This document shows positions 50,523 through 59,300 of a stretch of 61,337 nucleotides of DNA, one piece after another. This stretch comes from Pirellulales bacterium. Lineage in GTDB: Bacteria > Planctomycetota > Planctomycetia > Pirellulales > PLA5. The DNA lies in assembly GCA_040901705.1 (NCBI GenBank), contig JBBDYI010000374.1, positions 1 through 61,337 of the forward strand, in the 5' to 3' direction. How positions within the stretch are numbered: the stretch's first letter is position 1; each line of letters starts with the position of its first letter. The notes below the pieces were generated by a model that was not told the origin of the DNA, searched no databases, and saw nothing but the letters and a program-made list of their open reading frames with translations. A program made the position numbers and the translations under genes.

Positions 50523-52762
50523 TCGGCCGCTCCAAGGAATCTCGCCCGGTGTTCTCGCGCGTCCACTGCACCGCCGTGCTGGTCGCGGCGGTCGTGCTGT
50601 TCCCCGTTCTGGCATTCGGTCTCGTCGGGGCGCTCAAAAGCAACTCGAACGACCCGCGGCAATGGCTGCCGAGCGGTTTCGACGAGACGCGCCGCTACGA
50701 CTGGCTGCAACAACATTTCGGCAACGACGAAATCACCGTCGTCAGTTGGCCCGGCTGCACGCTTTTCGACGAGCGCGCCGAAAAGCTCGCGCAGGCCTTG
50801 ACCGAAAACGCCGCGACGGCCTATTTCCTGCGCGCTACCACTGCTGGGCGCGTCCTCGCGCAGCTTATGGCGAAGCCGCTCGATGTGCCGCGCGACGAAG
50901 CGATCGAGCGTCTTAAGGGGACGCTGATCGGCCCCGACGGCCGCACGTCTTGTGTCGTGCTTACCGTGTCGCCCCGCGGGGTCGCCAATCGAGCCGCCGC
51001 GCTGGCCGAACTTCGGCGTGCGGCAAAGCGGGAATGCGACCTCGACGACGATCAACTTCACCTCGGCGGGCCTACGGTCGACGCCGCCACGATCGACATC
51101 GAAAGCCAACGCATGTTGCTCTCGCTGGCCGGCCTCTCCGGATTGGTCGCGATGGCGATCGCCTGGATTCGGCTGGGAAGTTTTCGTTTGACCCTCATCC
51201 TGCTCGCCGTGGCCGTTTATTGCACGGCGTTGTCGCTGGCGATTCTGTACTACACCGGCGGCACGATGAACCTCGTCATGACGATGCTGCCGCCGCTGAT
51301 CTTCGTGCTCGGCATTTCCACGTCGATTCATCTGGTCAATTACTATCGCGATGCGCTGGCCGAAGGCCCGGCCAACGCCGCCCCAATCATGGCCCTGCGC
51401 CACGGATGGCGGCCCTGCTTTCTCGCTTCATTCACTACCGGCCTCGGCCTCTTGTCGCTGGCCGTCAGCGATATCGTGCCCGTCAAGATGTTCGGCATTT
51501 ACGCCGCCGCCGGCACATTCGCGGGCCTGGCCGTCGTGCTCATCCTGCTGCCAGTCGCGCTGCAAGTTTGGCCTGCGAAAGCTCCCGCCGCAAAGTCGAA
51601 GAAGAAGCGCGCGTCCGCGACCGCGACGCCGCGGATCGACCGCTACTTCGACCGCATCCGCCGCCGGCACGCGACCATCGTTGCCGGCTGCATTCTGCTG
51701 ATGGCCGTCACCGGCACGGGCCTGCTGTGGCTCCGCTCGACGGTCAAGCTGCAATATCGCTTCGGCGCGGAAAGCCGCATCCTGCAAGACTACCGCTGGC
51801 TTGAAGAACACCTCGGCCCGCTGGTGCCGATGGAATTGGTCGTTCACGTCGATCCGACCGAACACCCCAGTCTCGCCGATCAACTGCGGCAGGTCGTTAC
51901 GCTAGTGCGCCGCGCCGAACAGCTTTCCGAAGTTGGCGCGGCGCTGTCCGCCGCCGATTTTGCGCCGACCCTCCCGCGCGGCACGGCGGCCCGCGACGTC
52001 GTCCAGCGCGTCGCGTGGAAGCGAAACGCGGCGACGATCGAGCAACACCTGCGGCACAACCACTTCTTCGCCAGCGGCGACGACGGCGAGAATCTGTGGC
52101 GGATCAGCGTCCGCGCTTCGGCGCTCGGCGACGTCGACTATGGCCGCTTCATCGACAAGCTCCGCGAGCAAGTCGAACCCGCCGTCGCATCGATGCGCGG
52201 CGTCCGCGTGACGTACACCGGCATCATTCCACTGATCTACAAAGCCCAGCGCGAGCTGCTCAGCGATCTTACCGAAAGTTTTCTGCTGGCCTTCGCCTTG
52301 ATCGCCGTCGTGATCATGATCGTGCTTCGCAGCATCCGTTGCGGCCTGGTGGCGATGATTCCCAACGTGTTTCCCGTCGTCGTCGTGTTCGGCTTGATGG
52401 GCTGGCTGGGCATCTGGATCGAGATCGGCTCGATCATGACCGCCAGCGCGGCGATGGGCATCGCGGTCGACGACACGTTTCACCTGCTGGCCTGGCATTC
52501 CCGAGCGCTGGGCAAGGGAGCGAACCGCGAAAACGCCGTCCACGCCGCGCTGCGGCGCTGCGCCGGAGCCATGATCCACACCACGCTCGTCACGGCGTGC
52601 GCGCTGCTGGTCTTTTCGTTCAGTTCGTTCATGCCGATCCGTCGCTTCGCCTGGATGATGGCCACGCTGCTCGTCGCGGCGTTGGCCGGCGACCTGATCC
52701 TGCTCCCCGCAATCCTCGTCGGGCCGATCGGCAAGTTCTTTCGCCCTGCATCTCGGAAATGA
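50519..52762 (+). CDS. MMPL/RND-superfamily transporter (HpnN-like)
   Basis: Two 6-TM bundles, each preceded by a soluble loop. The GIAVDDTFHLL motif is present in the second bundle. Candidate GTG start at 50519 overlaps the upstream TGA (GTGA); an alternative GTG is at 50549. Confidence 0.85.
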   Translation: MIGRSKESRPVFSRVHCTAVLVAAVVLFPVLAFGLVGALKSNSNDPRQWLPSGFDETRRYDWLQQHFGNDEITVVSWPGCTLFDERAEKLAQALTENAATAYFLRATTAGRVLAQLMAKPLDVPRDEAIERLKGTLIGPDGRTSCVVLTVSPRGVANRAAALAELRRAAKRECDLDDDQLHLGGPTVDAATIDIESQRMLLSLAGLSGLVAMAIAWIRLGSFRLTLILLAVAVYCTALSLAILYYTGGTMNLVMTMLPPLIFVLGISTSIHLVNYYRDALAEGPANAAPIMALRHGWRPCFLASFTTGLGLLSLAVSDIVPVKMFGIYAAAGTFAGLAVVLILLPVALQVWPAKAPAAKSKKKRASATATPRIDRYFDRIRRRHATIVAGCILLMAVTGTGLLWLRSTVKLQYRFGAESRILQDYRWLEEHLGPLVPMELVVHVDPTEHPSLADQLRQVVTLVRRAEQLSEVGAALSAADFAPTLPRGTAARDVVQRVAWKRNAATIEQHLRHNHFFASGDDGENLWRISVRASALGDVDYGRFIDKLREQVEPAVASMRGVRVTYTGIIPLIYKAQRELLSDLTESFLLAFALIAVVIMIVLRSIRCGLVAMIPNVFPVVVVFGLMGWLGIWIEIGSIMTASAAMGIAVDDTFHLLAWHSRALGKGANRENAVHAALRRCAGAMIHTTLVTACALLVFSFSSFMPIRRFAWMMATLLVAALAGDLILLPAILVGPIGKFFRPASRK

Positions 52763-52901
52763 TCCACAGATGTCGCCGATTGTCGCAGATGGAGTTGCTT
52801 GGCTCTTGTTTCAACATGCTGCTAGCCGCTACTGCTATCCGCTATCGGTACTACTAACGCTCCAAATCTTCACGGCCTGAGAAGGATTCATGCATGACTT
52901 G

Positions 52902-53062
52902 AAAACACGGAGGCACGGAGACACGGAGGGCATGCAAACGATGAGTGATGAGTGGCACTTCCAATCGTAAGGTGGCATCGCCGCTCGTTCATCATTCATC
53001 ACTCATCAATCATCGTTCATCACTTTCCCTTTTTCCTCCGTGTCTCCGTGCCTCCGTGTTTT
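52902..53062. repeat. nested palindromic element between convergent genes
   Basis: Perfect 28-bp arms: aaaacacggaggcacggagacacggagg (52902-52929) and cctccgtgtctccgtgcctccgtgtttt (53035-53062). The arms are built from (CACGGAGR)x3 tandem units. An inner 12-bp inverted repeat is present (gatgagtgatga / tcatcactcatc). The right arm lies inside the last ~19 codons of the 53006-55189 ORF. Confidence 0.9.
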
Positions 53063-55189
53063 GAATTCACTTGCCGAACCGTTTTGGTTGCGGCCAGCGG
53101 CCGCGCTAGGAAATCTGCGTAATCTGCGGATGTCTGCCGATTCGACATGCGACGCAGCAAGCATCGAACTTTCGGGCTCATGGGCGCTCAACTCGCCAAG
53201 CCAAGTTCTTTCCGTGCAAGCAAACGCCGAGTCGACGGCTGTGGCCGCCGACGCCCGCGACAGAAGTTTGCGCGGCGTTGGCGGCCGCTGTCGGGCCGCC
53301 GCAACTAGCGACGCCGCGCTTGCGGCAGCCGCATTCGCCGCGGGTGAATTCGCAACTGTCCGAGAGTTGCGCACCAGCGTCGCATCGACGACGTTCACCA
53401 GTCCGTTGCCGTCCACGTCGTTTCGTGCCAAGTAGGTCGCGCTGCCGATCGCCACGAATTGCCCGGCGACGTTGGCCAGCAGGTCGGCCAAAGTCACCGC
53501 GGCGTCGCCGTTCACATCGGCGGGCCGCACGCGGGCAACCGCAATCGATCCGCCCGCGATGGAATTTCCGGCGAGATCGACGACGTTGGCCGTTAGTGCG
53601 ATCATTGCGTCCCCGCTGCCGAACGTGCTCGGCAGTCGCCATCGCGCCGTGTACGTGGCCGGGTCGTAGGTGAACTCGCTCACCGGGTCGCCGACGCCGT
53701 CGCCGGTGTAATCCAAATCGTCCGCCGACACGACGACGGCTTCGTCGAAGGCGATCTCCACGGTATCGAGATTCACCCACGGCAGCGTCGGTCCCGCCGC
53801 ACCGCCGAGCGGCAGCGCGACGGAAGCCACCGCGGCGTTCCAGTTCGATCCGCGCATACGGACCGCGACCACTTCCGGCGGTGTCGCGTCGCCGGTCGAA
53901 AACTCGTAAGCCCCGATGTCCCACGCGTCGCCGGCCGGTCGTGGCGCTGCGATCAAGTCGAACGCCGGCGCCATCGTGCTCGTCCCGGCGTCGATGGCTT
54001 CGCTATTGGGCGACAGTCGGTAATCGTCCGCGGCGGCGTCGACGAACAGCGTGCTCGGCGTCGCCACGACGGAGTGCATGTCTTGGCCCGTCGCCGTTCG
54101 CCATTGGGCGAGATTGAGCCGCGTCGCGCTATCGTCCGTCGTGAAGCGGTTCATCACGACGTTGTAATCGCTCGCAAAGCCGGCCAGCGCATCGGGGTCG
54201 ATGTCAATACTGCCGCGGAAGCTGTGGTAGTTGTACAGGATATTGTTGTAAACCCGGTTTCCCGTGCTCGGGCCTTGGATGTTGAGCGCCCAGCGGCCGT
54301 TGGACGCTTGCACGATCGTGTTGTTGACGATCAGGTTGTTCTTGGCGCCTTCCGCGGCGTCGATCTGGTACAGTGAAATGCCGCTGGCGTGGTTGTCGTA
54401 CAGCAGATTGTTGCGGATCACGCTCGATTGCAGGCCATCGCCGTTGATGCCCGACCCGCCGCCGAGGCCGTTATCGTAGATGACGTTGTTCTCGATCAGG
54501 GCGCCTGAAATGATGCCGTCGCCGCCTTGCGATTCGTCGCCGTTGAGATGGATGCCGTTGCCGTGGTTGCCCCAGATCGTGTTGCCGCGGACCACCGGCC
54601 GGTCGCCGCTGTTGCTGGCGTAAATCCCGTGCTCTTCGACCGACCGCGAGGTTTCGTTATTTTCGATCAGCAGGTCGTCGCTGAATCCGGTAAAGATGCC
54701 CCAGCGACCGTTCTGGTCGGCCCGATTGTTGCGAATGGTGACGTGATGATTGACCACGGCGCGAATGCCGGCCCGCGGCAGACCGATGAGCGTGAAGCCT
54801 TCGATCGTGATGTAGTCTGCGCCTTCGAGGTTGATTCCGTCGGGCGTCTGTGCGTTGCGCTGATTGATCACCGCGCCCGGCTCGGCCGAGAAAGTGATTG
54901 GGTCGCTTGCCGTGCCGTCGGTGCGCAGATCGAACCCGACGTAAGTCCCGGATCGCACCGTCACGGTGTCGCCCGCCGATACGGTGTTGGCGGCTTTTTG
55001 CAGCGTGAGCCAAGGCGCCTCGGCCGTGCCCGCCGCCGAGTTACTCCCGGTCGGCGAAACGTAGAAATGATCTCCGGCGAGCAGGTCGCGGCGTTCCAAG
55101 CATTCGACGAGATACCGACGGCCAGTTCGCGGCGGTTGTCGTCGAGGTCGATTCTGCCAACTTCGCCAACTCCATTGTCGCGGAAACAT
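53006..55189 (-). CDS. secreted parallel beta-helix repeat protein with LE-R-LL leader, Ig-like segment and dockerin-like C-terminus
   Basis: N-terminus MFPRQWSWRSWQNRPRRQPPRTGRRYLVECLERRDLL. Then HFYVSPTGSNSAAGTAEAPWLTLQKAANTVSAGDTVTVRSGTY and many PbH1-like turns (IRNNRADQNGRWGI, IENNETS, VRGNTIWGNHGNGI, IENNVIYDNG, IRNNLLYDNHASGI). It closes with DDYRLS...AIDAG...WDIGAYEF and two Ca-loop repeats. Confidence 0.85.
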   Translation of the reverse strand: MFPRQWSWRSWQNRPRRQPPRTGRRYLVECLERRDLLAGDHFYVSPTGSNSAAGTAEAPWLTLQKAANTVSAGDTVTVRSGTYVGFDLRTDGTASDPITFSAEPGAVINQRNAQTPDGINLEGADYITIEGFTLIGLPRAGIRAVVNHHVTIRNNRADQNGRWGIFTGFSDDLLIENNETSRSVEEHGIYASNSGDRPVVRGNTIWGNHGNGIHLNGDESQGGDGIISGALIENNVIYDNGLGGGSGINGDGLQSSVIRNNLLYDNHASGISLYQIDAAEGAKNNLIVNNTIVQASNGRWALNIQGPSTGNRVYNNILYNYHSFRGSIDIDPDALAGFASDYNVVMNRFTTDDSATRLNLAQWRTATGQDMHSVVATPSTLFVDAAADDYRLSPNSEAIDAGTSTMAPAFDLIAAPRPAGDAWDIGAYEFSTGDATPPEVVAVRMRGSNWNAAVASVALPLGGAAGPTLPWVNLDTVEIAFDEAVVVSADDLDYTGDGVGDPVSEFTYDPATYTARWRLPSTFGSGDAMIALTANVVDLAGNSIAGGSIAVARVRPADVNGDAAVTLADLLANVAGQFVAIGSATYLARNDVDGNGLVNVVDATLVRNSRTVANSPAANAAAASAASLVAAARQRPPTPRKLLSRASAATAVDSAFACTERTWLGELSAHEPESSMLAASHVESADIRRLRRFPSAAAGRNQNGSASEFKTRRHGDTEEKGKVMNDD
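53363..53522 (-). other. dockerin/EF-hand-like repeat pair
   Basis: ADVNGDAAVTLADLLANV ... NDVDGNGLVNVVDATLVRN. Confidence 0.6.
55079..55108 (-). other. N-terminal VECLERRDLL motif (LE-R-LL type leader)
   Basis: Third occurrence in this window of an Arg-rich N-terminus followed by (F/V)E.LE.R..L. Confidence 0.6.
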
Positions 55190-55285
55190 CGTTGCGCCTC
55201 CGTTGCTGGAATAACATGTTGCTTATATCTCGATTGAGGAAGATTCTTCGTGCGTACCACCCACGGTTCTGGCCTACGCTTTCCA

Positions 55286-56155
55286 TCATCGCAAGTTGGC
55301 GATGTTCACGCGAAAGTCGTGGTGGCACCGCGTGCAGGTTGCATCGAGCGCTCGCACCGCGGCGGAGAAGTCCTTCGCGTTAGCATCGTTGGCCAGCAGG
55401 TTGAGCCGCGCGGCTGCGACGGCCATGTCGGCGCTCTGCTGCTGCCAGAGACGCACTTCGTCGGCGGTCTTGGCGAACTGCTTGGCGTCGCCGGACATCG
55501 GCTCGGCGAGGGCGGCGACCGTCGCGGCGTGGCCGGCGATGTCGGTGCGCGTCTTTTCGGTCGGCGGGCGACGCTTGGCGGCCCGTTGAAGACGATTGTC
55601 GATGAACCGCATCTGCTTCATCAGCATGGCCGTGCCGGCGACAGGGGGCGAGGCGTCCTTGGCGGTGGTCGCATCGCCAGGCTTTTCTTTCGTGGCCAGT
55701 GTGGCGCTGAGGCGCTTGTAGCCGGCGGCGGAAGGCTCGAAGTCGCGGTAGTGGGTCGTGATCTCACTGGCCGCGGCTAGCAGCGCGGGCGCAGCCGGTT
55801 TGAGCGCGTGATCGTCGTCGTGCTTGACGAGCAGCCAAGCGAGGCCTGCAACGGTGGCGGCGTCCTTCTCGACGCGGGTTTGGTCGAGCTCGTTGTAGTC
55901 GCCGTCGTCTTCGAGCGATTCGCCGAGCCGCTCGGCATAATCGCGCAATTGTGCGGCGATGTCGTCAATCTTCGGCTGCGGCGGTTTGTCTGTGGCGGAT
56001 GAATCGGGCGCGGCAGCGTCGGGCGTCTGGCCGACGAGCGCGCGGCCGGCCAACGGAAACGCCACACATGAGGCGGCCAGAGTGAGAAACAACGACAAAC
56101 GAACGTAATGCGGTTTCACGTCGGATCCTCCCGTAGCGGGCAAACGGATCGGCAT
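55286..56155 (-). CDS. secreted cytochrome c'-like (class II, C-terminal CxxCH) protein, about twice the usual length
   Basis: Signal-like N-terminus (LSLFLTLAASCVAFPLAG). A single heme motif CTRCH (55322-55336) lies 11 residues from the C-terminus, as in four-helix-bundle class II cytochromes c. The sequence is helix-rich throughout. Confidence 0.65.
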   Translation of the reverse strand: MPIRLPATGGSDVKPHYVRLSLFLTLAASCVAFPLAGRALVGQTPDAAAPDSSATDKPPQPKIDDIAAQLRDYAERLGESLEDDGDYNELDQTRVEKDAATVAGLAWLLVKHDDDHALKPAAPALLAAASEITTHYRDFEPSAAGYKRLSATLATKEKPGDATTAKDASPPVAGTAMLMKQMRFIDNRLQRAAKRRPPTEKTRTDIAGHAATVAALAEPMSGDAKQFAKTADEVRLWQQQSADMAVAAARLNLLANDANAKDFSAAVRALDATCTRCHHDFRVNIANLR

Positions 56156-56359
56156 CGTAACAAATACGCACGGCGCGCCGCCGGGGTTCGCGTCCTGCTG
56201 GGAGCATCAAACTGCTGGACATGCTGCCGGACGTGTCATGGCGACGCCATTGGGGCATAATAATCTCAGCCGGAGCGCCGCACCATTGGCGCTGCGGCGG
56301 CGAGGCGGTTTTGCCTTTGCTAGCTTGCGACCGCGCCACTCGGCCAGGAGTAGGAATCC

Positions 56360-59300
56360 ATGTTGCGATTGCGACCGAACGTGCCGTTAGGTTTTCTTTC
56401 CGCTCTGCTCGTATGCGCCGCGGCGACGGCGTTATTCGGCCAATCGCCGACGCTTGAAACGCGACTCTTGCAGGAAGGTCCGACCGCACTCGCGCGGGCC
56501 GCCCGCGAAAATGGCGACGCGGCGCGGGGAGCGGTCGTGTTTCATCAGGCCCATACGACCTGCTCGAAGTGCCACCGCGTCGACGACGCGGCCGGCGCGC
56601 AGTCGGGGATGCTCGGCGCGAACCTCACGAAGTTCGAGCTAAAGCCGACGGACAAGCAACTCGTCGAGTCGGTCTTGGAACCGTCGGAAACGATTCGCGA
56701 AGAGTTTCGGGCCGTCAAAGTACAAACGACCGACGGCCGAACGATCACCGGCCTCATCGTCAAGGAAACCGCCGAGGTGCTCACGTTGCGCGATTTGGCG
56801 CAGGATGGCAAACACGTCGCGATTCCCATTGACGAGATCGACGCTCGCGCCGTAAGCAGTCAATCGCCCATGCCCTCGGGTCTCGTCAATCAACTCACCA
56901 GTCGGCAGCAGTTTCTCGATCTGGCTCGTTATTTGTTCGAGATCCGCGACGGCGGCGCGGCGCGGGCGCGCGAGCTTCAGCCGCCGCCGTCGCTGTTGGC
57001 CGTGCAAATCCCCGAGTACGAAGCGCACGTCGACCACGCCGGCATCATCGCGTCGCTCGACGACAAGGCTTTCGCGCGCGGCCGCGAGATTTACCAGCGG
57101 CTGTGCATCAACTGCCACGGCACGCGCGAGCAGCCCGGCTCGCTCCCCACGTCGCTCCGGTTCGCCGAAGGCAAGTTCAAGAACGGCAACGATCCGCACG
57201 CGATGTACCAGACGCTAACCCGCGGCTTCGGCCTGATGGCGCCGCAAACGTGGATGGTGCCGCAGCAGAAGTACGACGTGATCCACTACATTCGCACGGA
57301 GTATCTGCGCAAGCACAACCCGTCGCAGCTGTTCGCCATCGATGAAAAATACATCGCCGCGCTTCCCAAGGGCGACACCCGCGGCCCCGCACCGCGGAAG
57401 ATCGAGCCGTGGGCGACGATGGACTACGGTCCGGTGCTGGTGAACACGTATGAAATCGGCAACGACGGGTCGAACTTTGCCTACAAGGGGATTGCGGTGC
57501 GGCTGGACAGCGGTCCCGGCGGCATTTCGCGGGGACGATCTTGGATGGTGTTCGACCACGACACGATGCGCGTCGCCGCGGCGTGGACGGGAACCGGCTT
57601 CATCGACTGGCAAGGCATCCACTTCAACGGCCAGCACCAGGTCCATCCGCGGATCGTCGGCGACGTACACTTCGCCAACCCGACCGGCCCCGGCTGGGCG
57701 AATCCGCAGACCGGTTCGTTCGCGGACGACCAGCGCGTGGTGGGCCGCGACGGGCGGCGCTACGGCCCGCTGCCGCGCGCGTGGGCGAAGTATAAAGGAC
57801 TCTACTACCACAACGACCGCGCGGTGATCGCGTATTCCGTCGGCAAAACGGACGTGCTGGAAATGCCCGGCGAGTGGATGGCCGATGAGTCTGCCGGGGC
57901 CGCGCTTGCCTCGGTGAAGGCCGGCGACGGGAGCGCGGAAAAGCCGACGGACCGTGGGAGCGAGGGCATTTTTACGCGGGCCATGAACATCGGACCGCGA
58001 TCGGCCGACATGAAGCTGCTCGTCGCGACGCTCGACGACGCTTCGCCGAGCCTCGACGAACTCGCCGGGGGCGTGCGGTTTGGCACAGCCGCTGCCGGAA
58101 CAGAGAAACCCGCGACCGAGAAGCGAGAAGTTCGCTTCGACGGCGGCGGTTACGCCGAAGTGGCCGATGCCGACGCCGACGCCTTCGACATGACCGGGCA
58201 CGACTTTACGATCACCGCGCGCGTAAAAACAAAAGCCGGTGGCACGATCTTCGCCAAGGCCAAACCCGATTCGCCGTGGACGCCCGACGGCAAGACGTTC
58301 TTCGTCCGCGGCGGCCGGCTGTGTTACGACATCGGCTGGGTCGGCGCGGTGCAATCGAAGCAGCGGGTCGACGACGGACGCTGGCACGACGTGGCGCTGC
58401 GCTGGTCGACCGACGCTGGCCGCGCCGAACTATTCGTCGACGGCAAGGCGGCCGGCGATGGCGTGCTACGCCCAAAGCAGGCGGTTTCCGGTCACGTCGT
58501 GCGAGTCGGCTACACGGCGGAGAACTTTCCCACGCCGCAGAGCGCGTTCGACGGCCAGCTAAGCGACGTGCGCTTCTTGCAACGGGCCGCCACCGACAAG
58601 GAGATCGCTTCCGCGTCGTCGATCGATCAGGACGATCGGCTCGTGGCGCGGTGGAAGCTCGACGCGATCGACGTCCAGGGGCAGGTTCGCAACGAGGCCG
58701 GCAAACACCACGCCGCGAAATGGATCGTTGGCGCGAATACTCGCCGCGCGAACACCGCGCCGCTTTTCGCCGGGCTGACGACGCCGATCCCCGGCAGTCA
58801 ATGGAAAGCGGAGGGCAATCGGCTCTGCCTACACATCCCGGCGGGCAAAGAGCCGCTGCGATTCGTGCTCTGGACGACGCGCGGAGAGAACGCCGACGTC
58901 GTCGCGGCATGGACCGCGGGACTTGCGGCGGCCGAAAAATCGCCCGACCTCGCCGCGTACACCTCCGGCGGACCGCCACGGTGGCCGCAGAAGCTGACCA
59001 CGCAAGCGATTCTCGGCGACGACAGCGGCCCGTTCGCCGTCGACGTACTCGTGCATCCGGAGGTCAATCCGTGGCTCGCGCAGACGCGGCTGACGGGTCT
59101 CGACTTTATCGATGACGGTGAAGTCGAGGGCGGCGACGGCCGTGCCGATCGGGCCGTCGTCTGCGCCTGGGACGGCGACGTGTGGATTGTTAGCGGGCTG
59201 GCGAAACTCGACGCCGCAAAGCCATCGTCCGACCACACGCTCACTTGGCAACGCATCGCGTCCGGCTTGTTCCAGCCGCTCGGCATCAAGATGTATCAGG

